DNA of 63,944 nt, filler included, from Octopus bimaculoides (Eukaryota): assembly GCF_001194135.2 (NCBI RefSeq). It is 7 parts of 5 records of this genome, joined end to end, with 100 filler letters (N's around TTAATTAATTAA, not from the genome) between each part and the next. Parts side by side here need not be neighbours in the genome. Positions count along the whole stretch, not along the records: positions 23,559 to 54,167 come from NC_068983.1; positions 54,268 to 60,013 come from NC_068983.1; positions 60,114 to 62,792 come from NC_068998.1; positions 62,893 to 63,944 come from NC_068991.1; 3 more parts are not named here. One strand, written 5' to 3'. Shown in pieces: positions 53,556 to 63,944 of this stretch. Positions within the stretch are counted from its first letter, which is position 1, and the number at the start of each line of letters is the position of its first letter. The notes under the pieces were generated by a model. That model had not been told where the DNA came from. It was given only the letters and a program-made list of their open reading frames with translations, and did no database searches. Position numbers and translations under genes: made by a program.

Positions 53556-54267
53556 CATACATATATGTATATGTTTGTGTGTGTGTATGTATGCATACAT
53601 ATATGTGTACTTATATATATGTATGCACACACACATAGATAGACTGTAATTTTGATGACACCTATTGACTGTTCATTTATCTTCAAACAATAAAGTAGTC
53701 CTTTTCCAACTTCAACTTTGAAGACTTCTTGATTCTTGAGATAATCTCCCCATTACATTTTCATTCTATATGAATATACATATCAATTAGTCTGTAAATG
53801 CGCCTGTACAAAGCATCCAGTATGCTCTGTAAAGTCGTTAGTGTTAGGAAGGGCATCCAGCCATAGAAATCATCCCACAAAAAAAAACAATTAGAGCCTG
53901 GACAACAGCCTAGCTGGCCAGCTCTTGTCAACTATCCATCCTATGCCTGCATGAAGAACAGATGTTAAACGACAATGATGATGATGATGATGAAGATGAT
54001 ATATAAAGAATGCCATTGGTCATGGATGACCATGAGATTGCTCCTAGAAAGTTACCTTCCATGTCTGGGCAAGTTTGTTTATGGAAGACCAGTAGTCACT
54101 CATGCATACCAGCCTCTCCTCTCCATGCCATTTATCCAACGTAAGGCAAAGGCTATTCATGTGTGTANNNNNNNNNNNNNNNNNNNNNNNNNNNNNNNNN
54201 NNNNNNNNNNNTTAATTAATTAANNNNNNNNNNNNNNNNNNNNNNNNNNNNNNNNNNNNNNNNNNNN

Positions 54268-54490
54268 GAGGAATCTGCACAAAGTAGATGTAGGGGTTTT
54301 TAAATCAAAGCTGGACCTCTTCCTATCGAGAGTCCCAGATGAACCTACCTCGCGGCAGGAGGTGCAAATGAGGGTTGCTAAATCAAACTCCATTCTTCAC
54401 CAAGTGCCACATATTGTAAGAGGCTCCCTGTAATTACAGTGTAGCAACACGGTGGTGCATCAGCATGGCCGCAGCTCTAAGCTGAAACTT
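54268..54490 (+). mobile_element. CR1-type LINE 3' end
   Basis: RNLHKVDVGVFKSKLDLFLSRVPDEP...SNSILHQ* followed by cagcatggccgcagctctaagctgaaact. Confidence 0.75.
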
Positions 54491-54559
54491 TAAAAAAAAA
54501 AAAAATATATATATATATATGGTCTTCAATTATATCGTAATTTAAACGTTCCTTCTGTT

Positions 54560-55300
54560 ACATGTGCTATGATTCGAAGCAATCGTACTTTTGGTGATAT
54601 ATATAAAAGGTATAATTGTTATACTGGACCGATTTTTATGAAGCTTGGTTGTTGGATGAAATAAAGCCACATGGCTGAATTTAAAAACAACAACAAAAAA
54701 TGAATTGAATGTTACGGGATTTATTTTTGATTTTCTTAATATTTTACTTTAGAATATTCAGTATTATGGGTGGAAGACAACATGAGACTTTTCAATCATC
54801 TGAAGCTCGGCACTCCAGAAGTCAAAGGGCTAGGGAAACACAAGAAGAAAAACAGGACAGGTTCCAATCTCAGAGACAACAAAATGCCGTGGCGATACAA
54901 GAGCAGCGAGTAGTAAAATTTCAGTTTGAAAACCAGGCAGACCCGCTTGAGGAAACACGAGAGACTAGAGCAGAAACGACGGAGCAAGAAGTCTCAAACC
55001 GATAGAAAAGCCCGCTTAAGAGAACGGGTGTTAACAACAGATCTTCAAATTAGCGCAGTCAGAAATTCCCATTCTAAAGAACAGCAAGCATCAGAGCAAC
55101 AAGTCATGTTGGAATTTAGACCTTTTTCTCGTGAAGAATGACAACTAGCAGCCTTTAACTATGATCTGACACAAGGACATTACGACAGATGCCTTATGAA
55201 TATATGTGAGTATAGTACAGACCGGGTGACAAGTAATAGATATTATAATTGATTACTCTCGTGGTAGAAGAGACTAGTGCAGAGATGTTGTCTCCTAAGT
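54560..55300 (+). mobile_element. Helitron 5' region (STPR-like repeats, AAFNYD)
   Basis: RSQRARETQEEKQDRFQSQRQ...ETRAETTEQ, then LAAFNYD at about 55146, as in RepHel N-termini; interrupted by stops. Confidence 0.5.
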
Positions 55301-57581
55301 TTACACATTCAACACTACTTATATGGACTATTATACTGTCTAATGAATCAAATGTTTCAAAGAAAAAACAATTTCAAAAGAAATTACATCTTTCGTGAAA
55401 TGCATCATGGTTCTCTACCAACTTCCAATAGTCTTACAATTTTCAAATAACTGTAGAGTTTTTAGGAGTACTGCTTGTAATAACAATATAAAGGAAAGTG
55501 CAAACAAGAAAAGGTCCACAAAATTGCATAGGGAGACAACCCTACAACATCGAATTACGTTGATACACAAAAGGTAAGGATTTTCCCTGCAATTCTTGCT
55601 GTCAGAGTATAATCGTATTCTTTGACCAGGCCATTTCGTTCTCCCCTAATTAATCTACTTTCATCCAACCTTCATAAAATTTACTCAAAGGCAGCGCCTC
55701 CCTATCTACCGTCACGTTCTTCCTCAAGAGGTATTCGAAGAATGCGACGAGAGCTTAAACTTTTATCTTTTAACGGTTCAACTGTATCTCTCAATTTCCG
55801 TCACCATAACCACCAGATAGATGAAATCGAACCAGTCTTCCACGACAAAGTAAGGCGGTGATTTGATTTTCGCGATAGCTTCAATTGATAGGCAGAACTG
55901 TCCCGCACGTGATTACCGCAGTTCGACATAACACCACAAGTCAGAATATGTACACTGAACGAATGTGTGCTGGTTGATTTCGTGACTCTGTGCTTTTCGG
56001 ACATGTTCAGTTGTTGAAAGTTCCAATAAGGTCATATCTGTAGAGTTCAAGAATTGACTTTTGGAAACTTTCCATAATACCCGACCTGAAAGTTTTCTAG
56101 GAGACACAACTAAGCGTAAACACAGGTACGGCTGTTAGACTAAAAATATCTCTTTAGAATCACAAAGGTTTGTATTCTGTCCCACATGCACATTGGAAAA
56201 GTGTCTTCAACTATAGACACGGCTTATTCAAATCCTTCAGAGAACTTAATATACGAAAATTTAAATATTTGTATATATTTGTGGGCCAAGTTTCTCGTTG
56301 TCTTGAAATGACGCACTATTCATACAAGCGGTGACGTTTTTTTGCAATCTTCTGTGAATTCAGTCCCAGATGAGGAGGAAAATATTACCATGGGTGGAAA
56401 TACGCGAGGGTTAATGATGTGTAAAAGTCGGCATTAAAAAGAGGAAGAAGAGCAGCAGGAGCAGGAGGAATGATGATGATGATGATGATGATGATGACGA
56501 CGACGACGACGACGATGACGATGACGACGATGACGAGGAGGATTTCTCTAATTTTCCTCATCGGTGCTCAACATTGCTCCAAGGCCGTGAAGATTACAAT
56601 CTTAAGCAAAAAGCAAATTTCTGGTAGCGAGTATAATCGATTTAATCGATTCCATTACCTAAATGAAATTCATTGTATCGACCCAGTAAAGTGGAATATA
56701 AACTCGGAACGTAAAGAGATTCTGTGCGTTTGTGTTGAGTGTGTGTATTTATTTATTTATTTATTTATTCAAACACAAAGATTCAGAATTACCCCCAAAG
56801 CATTAGCGGTATAAGCTAAATGTACTAACTAAGCTATCATTCACAAACACTTGTAACTGGGACATCTAATCACTTCTCTGCAATCTTACATCCGATATAT
56901 CAAGGTTCAAATTCTATTGGACTGAATGCATACAAATTTGTTGTATGGATATTTATGTATTTCGTAGATTAAAATAATAAAGGCGGAAAAGGTTTATTTG
57001 CATTCAAAGTTAAATTAAATGATTAAGGTTTAAATCTGTTTCCTATATCATGTATGTAGGATTTGTAAAAATCTGTTACTGCCCCAGTTAAATATGTGAA
57101 ATAGAGAATTAAGATTATATAGGATAATAATAGGGCCCTTTCTTTTCATATCCCCACCACCTCTCCAACCTTTTTTTAAACACATTTGTGCGCTATGCTG
57201 CAGGCTCTTTTATTTTCTGAGTGAGCGGGGTTTGATGGAAGTTTATACCTACTTATATGCATACATGCTTAATACTTACATACAAACGTATATGTGTGTA
57301 TGACTATGTATATGTGCGTATGAATGTACGCAAATACATCTCTCTCTCTCTCTATATATATATATAAACCCCTCGCCCGAACATATAAAAATACAAATCA
57401 TAAACAGAATTATTCAGTCGGCTATAATGAATCCATAAACATATAAAACATCCAAGGGTATATTTTTTCCCTCTGAAGATATGCTCAGGTCATATCAATT
57501 TAATAATTAAAATTACTGAGTATTAATTGNNNNNNNNNNCTTCTTCTTATATATATATATATATATATATATATGCATGTA

Positions 57582-57618
<37 letters not shown>

Positions 57619-57656
57619 TGGAAGGAACCACACACACACACACACATAGCTTTACC

Positions 57657-58470
57657 TTCTGTGGAGATGATGGCAATCTCAAGCCATATGAAAGACCACG
57701 CAATGGACAAACTCAGGAAGGATCTAATAAAGATGATCAAATGAATAGGCCTAACTACAAAAGCTGCCACTAATTTGACAAAGGTCAGTTTCCTGGACGT
57801 AACCTTAGACTTGAAGACAGAAAAGTAGCAACCTTATAGAAAGCCCAACGACGAAACTATTTGCATCCACAGAAACTCCAGTCATTCCCAGCGGTAATCT
57901 AAAACCTGCTCACAAACACAAGTAGAAGAATCTCTAAACTGTCAGTGGATAGAGAGAATTTCAACGGGTTCATCACTACCTTACTATAATGAAGCACTAG
58001 CGAAGTGTGGATTCACTGGTTAGTTAGTATGTATGAAGGGCAACCTTCTCCGAATAGGAGAAGAATCAGAAAGAGAAAGATATTCTGGTTCAATCCTCCA
58101 TGCAGCCTAGAAGTTTCAACTAACATAACTAGGAGCTCCCTGATGTTAATTACAAAAACATTTCCTTAGAATCAGTATTATAAACTCTTCAATCCGTACA
58201 GTGTTATGGTCAGTTAGTTACTCGTGCTTTGACCTCGTCGCTTCAAATATCGCACGCTATATTAGACTTAAATACACACCTATTCGGCCTCTAGTCCACA
58301 TCCTGACTTGTAACCGTTGAAATCCTACAAACAACCCACTGGGAGGATACTGTCTCTCAAAGGTTTGATCTATAGAACTATTTTCACATCATCCGATAAC
58401 ATCACAAGGCACTATATGATCATGACAGCCAACAATTTTAAAGAAGGTTTTACGCATACTTCAGAAGCAA
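57657..58470 (+). mobile_element. Penelope-like element remnant (RT C-terminus and GIY-YIG)
   Basis: DDG..., VSFLDVTLDLK, PYRKPND, SRRISKLS, RKRKIFWFNPP, then GLIYR...FKEGFTH. Confidence 0.85.
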
Positions 58471-59060
58471 GGATAGGAAAAAGACCATCTTCCTGTCCCG
58501 TTTCATATGGAGACTCGATGGTAATCGGGACGACTTCGCGACAGCATCCCACCCCCTTGAAATTGCAATTTCCAAATCTGTCTCCGCGAGAGACTACATA
58601 CTCCACCAACATGTAATATCCATCAAAAGGAGAAAGGAACCATCGTACTGTTGCCACCAGTGATATGCCCTGTTAATGAACTGCAAGCCTCTTGCAACTG
58701 CTAATCCACATATACTAACCTGGGCCTGGTGGCCCCACATACAAGGTCAGGGTATTTAATCCTTGCTAGATGATCCTCATGTTAACCATCCAGCCTCAGT
58801 TTTAACCGAACTCCAAATGTGTTGTTGTCATTATCATCATATCTATCTTTACTATAATGGAAAAAAACTGCCTGTTAATTCCTTTGAATTGTGTACTTTT
58901 ACTAGTAGAAGGTAATTATCAAGGTCTTCACTGTCTATAAAATTCTTATCATTTCCAAATTTAATATATATTTTAACTAAATGTAGTTTTCGACCAACTT
59001 TATTATCGAATAGTTTAACCACACGCTCAGAAAACACAATTCTATTTACCGCAACAAGCT

Positions 59061-59073
59061 GTTTCCTAGCAAC
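59061..59073. promoter_or_regulatory. Candidate RFX X-box
   Basis: GTTTCCTAGCAAC (reverse GTTGCTAGGAAAC) in non-repetitive, relatively CpG-containing sequence; motif match only. Confidence 0.3.
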
Positions 59074-59412
59074 GTTCTCTCTTTTTCGCTTTCCATCACT
59101 TCTTAGTTTATCGCCCCTATTTCTATTAGCCTTTCTATATCCTTCTATCTGTCATTCTTATCCTCATCCTTCCTTGTTCTTTTCTCTTTTTTTTACAACG
59201 ACTTTCTCCATCCGGTCTTTATATGTGAAAATTTTGATTCTTTATTTATTTATCATAACAAAATTGATAAGAATTTCATATTTCAAGTTTCATTCGGTTA
59301 CACACAAATGTATATAATACAATATACATACTACGCTATTCCTCTCCGTATCAAAATGTTTCATTTCAGCATATAATTTTCGTCTTTCCCCTGTTCCATC
59401 TCTCTTGTTCTA

Positions 59413-59469
<57 letters not shown>

Positions 59470-59809
59470 GTCTGTCTGTCTGTCTATCTATTTATAGCTA
59501 TCTGTCTATATCGACGAAATATAATGAATTAGAAAATCACATGCTTTTAAAGTTAAAGCAAGTTTTTACAATACGACCGAAAATTCGATCTTGTATTCAG
59601 TGTTTAAGTATCTGATGCTGATGATGCGAAAATACGCGGAAATCACATGTTACAATTGTCCTGTACCAGTGCTGACGAAATTTCCCTGCCGATATAATCC
59701 GTGTTATTTTAGCAATATTTGTTTATATATGATTTCTCAGAACGATTACTACAGCTTGTGGCTTTTAAACAGTGCATCCAAGTGAATATATATATATATA
59801 TATATACAC

Positions 59810-60013
59810 TCTTTTACTCTTTTATTTGTTTCAGTCATTTGACTAGGGCCATGCTGGAGCACCGCCTTTAGTCGAGCAAATTGACCCCAGGACTTATTCT
59901 TTGTAACCCTACCACTTATTCTATCGATCTCTTTTGCCGAACCGTTAAGTTACGGGGACGCAAACACACCAGCATCGGTTGTCAAGCGATGTTGGGGGAA
60001 CAAACACAAACAC
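59810..60013 (-). mobile_element. SINE 3' half (same family as 10550-10863)
   Basis: tttcagtcatttgact.ggccatgctggagcaccgcc...cgaaccgttaagttacggggac. Confidence 0.85.
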
Positions 60014-60145
60014 NNNNNNNNNNNNNNNNNNNNNNNNNNNNNNNNNNNNNNNNNNNNTTAATTAATTAANNNNNNNNNNNNNNNNNNNNNNNNNNNNNNN
60101 NNNNNNNNNNNNNTATATATGTGTATATAAATATATATATATATG

Positions 60146-60179
<34 letters not shown>

Positions 60180-60242
60180 TGTATGTATGTATGTATGTAT
60201 GTGTGTGTGTGTGTGTGTATGTATATGTATATATACAAACAC

Positions 60243-60720
60243 ACGAGGGTTGGTTGAAAAGTTCGTAGGCTGGCCAAGATACTATCATCGAATGTGACCA
60301 AATGCGCTTCATTTTACATATTCTCCGTTGCAGTTCACACACTTCTCCAATTGGTGTTGCACTGCTTGGATCCCATTGGTATAAAAGCTTTCATCCTGTT
60401 GGCAAAAAATTGTCATCAAGAGCAGATATGACATCATCACTGTGATACTGGTTTCCAGTCAAGTGTCTTTTGTTGTTGTTTTTTTTGTTTTTTTTTTTCA
60501 AGTTAGGAAACAGATGAGTCGAATCAAGACAACATTGTGGGTTATGGACCAGTTCAAAGCCACAGTCACGCACAACAGCCATCAAAACTAAAAACGTGTG
60601 TGTTGAAGCTGTCCTGTTGAAACAAGACTTCTTTCGTCAGTTTTCCTGGGCATTTGGTCTTGGTAGTCTTTCGTAACTGCCTCTGCAAGTGACATTTTTT
60701 TACCTTCTGTCTATGATCTC
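60243..60720 (-). mobile_element. Mariner transposon 3' portion
   Basis: TIR acgagggttggttgaaaagttc; GKLTKEVLFQQD, DCGFELVH.P, HLFPNLKK. Confidence 0.8.
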
Positions 60721-61175
60721 TCAGATTGCTGTTCACTCCCGTGGAAGATCAGTGTAGTTTGAAGCATAGGTAATAGTCGAAAGTTGTTGTGCGCCTCAAA
60801 ATGGTTAGGTCTGCACACGTCGTCACTCTGTAATTGCCACAGCACTTTCAATAGATGGAATAACAAATGAGGTCACCATAAAGAGACATCTCTTTGTCAT
60901 TGGATTATTGGAATAAACGCTGTAGAGCACGAGTACCACCCTCTGAATGTCCGTGATTAGTATCCAGCGACCAGCAATCACAAAAAACCGCAGGTTTTGC
61001 ATCAAACTGTCCCTGTCCTAGAAGGATGCTGTGAAAACAGCGAGGAGGGTCTTACTCCCAGTGGTTTTACAGTGCGTCCTGGCACCAATCAAGGGTATTT
61101 CTGCGTCTCCACGTTCAGATGGAATGTCATCACATATGCTAGCTAAGCCATAGCTAGGACCCCAACAGGTGTTAT

Positions 61176-61932
61176 TACGAGGTGGTAACAAAGCGTTCCC
61201 GGACTAGTTTTGTAGCTCACCAACAGATGGCAGTACACGGTTGCGTGCGCAGTGAGAGCTATCAGTGACCTTCATGAGGCAGTGTGCCGAGTGACTTCGC
61301 AAGTTGTAAAATTTGTGTTTTTGTGATCACGTGTATGCTGTAGTCTGCGATTTTGTGATGGACAGGAACAAAGAACCAACGTAAAATTTGGGGTTAAACT
61401 TGGGAAATCTGCTACATAGACATTGAACATGCTTCGGCAAGCTTACGGCGACGAGACAATGGATCGTACGCAATGTCTCGAATGGCATGGGCGCTTTAAA
61501 ACGGAAGAGCGTCCCTGGAAGACGATGAGCTATCTGGAAGACTTGCCACGAGNNNNNNNNNNNNNNNNNNNNNNNNNNNNNNNNNNNNNNNNNNNNNNNN
61601 NNNNNNNNNNNNNNNNNNNNNNNNNNNNNNNNNNNNNNNNNNNNNNNNNNNNNNNNNNNNNNNNNNNNNNNNNNNNNNNNNNNNNNNNNNNNNNNNNNNN
61701 NNNNNNNNNNNNNNNNNNNNNNNNNGGTATTCTGCATCGAGAATTCGTCCCCCAGAGCCAGACCGTCAATAGAGAGTTTTATTTCGACGTTTTGAAGGAG
61801 GACATTCTGCAAAAGCAACCGGATCTGTGGAGCGCGAAAAATTGAATTCTTCACTTGTGAGTTTCTCGCCAAAAACAACATTGTATCACTTCCGCACCCA
61901 CCCTATTCACCAGATGTAGCACCTGCGGACTC
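61176..61932 (+). mobile_element. Mariner transposon, gapped and 3'-truncated
   Basis: TA-CGAGG start; KLGKSA...MLRQAYGDE...EWHGRFK, GILHREFVP...TVN, HPPYSPDVAPAD (YSPDL motif, 61904-61921). Confidence 0.88.
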
Positions 61933-61934
61933 CC

Positions 61935-62370
61935 AAGCAAAAATATGTACCGCCTAGAGGTCAGCTGTCCTGCTAATGTGAATATCTCTCTGAAAATCAA
62001 AGAGAAAAAAGATGACTATGGACAACTGCCTCGAAATCTCCAGCTTCTATATCCACATTACAAATTTTCATTGCTACCAATAACAATTGATGCACTTGAC
62101 TTTGTAAGTAAATGCCTAACTATCAGTCTGGATAGGCTTGGATTTTCAGAGAAAGAAATTAACCAACTGACTCACAAATTACAAATACCATTTGTAAGCG
62201 GAACAGTAAAGTTATGCAAGACTTTCGTGAGGTTTAAAATGTGACATTGTTTTTCGTTATCTACATTCCAATGGTGGAGCTATGCATCTTTGTTAGAAAC
62301 CAGCTTCTTCATTAGAGGATGAATTTAAGTGATTAAATACAGACGAGAAACACATAATACATACATACAT
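61935..62370 (+). mobile_element. RLE-type LINE 3' end (same group as 21115-23140)
   Basis: LEVSCPANVNISLKIKEK.DDYGQL.RNLQLLYP...SGTVKLCKTF; ends in (CATA)n. Confidence 0.8.
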
Positions 62371-62419
62371 ACATACATACATACATACATTAATGTTTGT
62401 TTTTATGTCAAGTTATAGG

Positions 62420-62628
62420 TGGTTTCAAATTTTGGCACAAGGGCAGTTAGAGGTGAAGGGTCAATCGATTACATCGACCCCAGTGTTCAGCTGGTATTTA
62501 TTTTATTGGTCTCGAAACAGATGAAATGGAAAGTCGAGATTGGCGGAATTTGAATCCAGAATATCAATGCCGGTAGAAATGTCGCTAAACATTTTGTCCG
62601 ACTTGCTAACGTTTCTGACAGCTTGCCA
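62420..62628 (-). mobile_element. SINE copy (8084 family)
   Basis: aatcgattacatcgaccccagtg...ggcggaatttgaatcc...gctaacgtttctgacagc. Confidence 0.8.
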
Positions 62629-62893
62629 CATTCACCTCAAGATATATATACAAAAAAACAATTTTACATTAAACTAAAGAATTACTCAATACTTTTAGGG
62701 TGAATATATGTTTATTAAACTTTTGCAATAAACGTGACAGTGACTTCGGAGTTTATCCCTAATATTATTATTATTATTATTTTATATATATANNNNNNNN
62801 NNNNNNNNNNNNNNNNNNNNNNNNNNNNNNNNNNNNTTAATTAATTAANNNNNNNNNNNNNNNNNNNNNNNNNNNNNNNNNNNNNNNNNNNNA

Positions 62894-62931
<38 letters not shown>

Positions 62932-63589
62932 AATATATATATATGAGAGATTGTGTGAGAGATTGCGTGAGAGAGAGAGAGAAAGAAAGAGAGAGACAGA
63001 TGTGGGGTGGAATAGGTGATTGCTGTATCAGAATTCTTTAGTTGAAAGGCAAATTTAGCAACGTTAATTCTGATATATTTGACGGACCTTCTTTTGCCTT
63101 CGTAGCAAACGTTCGTAAATATGCTTTGAACGTCTCCCTGTAACCTTCTTGCCTTTCACTAATGCATGACGGATTCATGCTTATAAGTATTAATACTCCC
63201 TTAGTGTTACATACATACATACATATAGATAAATATATGTATGTATGTTTCCTAGAAGGATTTTCATCTAAGCTTAAATATAGATGCTGCTCCAGAAAAG
63301 CTTCAAATCTATTTTGGTCAGTGTAATTCTTGAAACTGCTCGTAGAGTCTCTTCCTCTTTTACTATTCCTTAGAAGCTTGCCGGCGTTGCTAAATCTGTT
63401 TTCTTTGGAAAAGCCCTATGTCTATGATTCCTTATTTTTATTATTTCCATTTGCAATTCAGCTGATAGGAATGATAAGACTTTGGATACATTGCCTTTGC
63501 TGTAATGATTTGTTATCAAACCTATATGTTCTGAGTTCAATTCATATCTTAGGCTTATTCTTTATTTTCATCGTAACCATTCTTTGTTG

Positions 63590-63713
63590 TCATAATCACA
63601 ATCCTGATCATGATGATGATGATGGTGATGATGATGATCATCATCATGATCATCACCTTCCTCATTTTCACCCTCCTCATTACTAGCATAACCACTATTG
63701 GTAGTAGTCATCG

Positions 63714-63751
<38 letters not shown>

Positions 63752-63900
63752 TATCATCACCATCGTCATCGTCGTCGTTAGCATCTGTACCCTACTCCTC
63801 AACCCTCATCATCACAACTATCCGTCAGCATTACAACCACCACCACCACCACCACCACCACCGCCACAGTTACTACCACCACAATCACCACCACGTTAAT
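63590..63900. repeat. (CAT)n/(GAT)n/(CAC)n compound repeat
   Basis: Direct reading. Confidence 0.9.
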
Positions 63901-63944
63901 CAGAAAATTTTATCGTGGTAACTAAAAATACTATCAACACACAC

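Noticed and set aside
1-63944. CRISPR arrays, rRNA genes or prokaryotic-type systems
   Set aside because: No repeat-spacer arrays or rRNA similarity; the sequence is eukaryotic, intron- and TE-like.

Overview
AT-rich, gap-ridden eukaryotic genomic DNA dominated by microsatellites and decayed transposable elements. The SINE families and repeat landscape look like those of an octopus (my recognition, not verified). The only host coding sequence I can support is one minus-strand exon (6329-~6492) encoding TM7/helix 8 of a class A GPCR (NSAINPVIY). Two Mag-type Gypsy LTR retrotransposons (24471-28993 and 35227-42085, minus strand, tRNA-Ser(GCU) primer site) occupy the centre. The strongest signal is that each carries, in one LTR, an independent insertion of the same ORF1-only L1/Tx1-like element with no APE or RT. 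Both insertions sit 30-31 nt downstream of the LTR TATA box, at the predicted transcription start. This element also shares its 3' tail with an abundant SINE. Other notable items are two tiny LTR-like elements with an internal PBS, several long foldback/MITE hairpins, a Myb/SANT remnant, a CpG-depleted domain and a candidate RFX X-box. The rest is mariner, R4/Dong, CR1, RTE, Penelope and Helitron debris. Most ORFs in the supplied track are microsatellite or gap artefacts.
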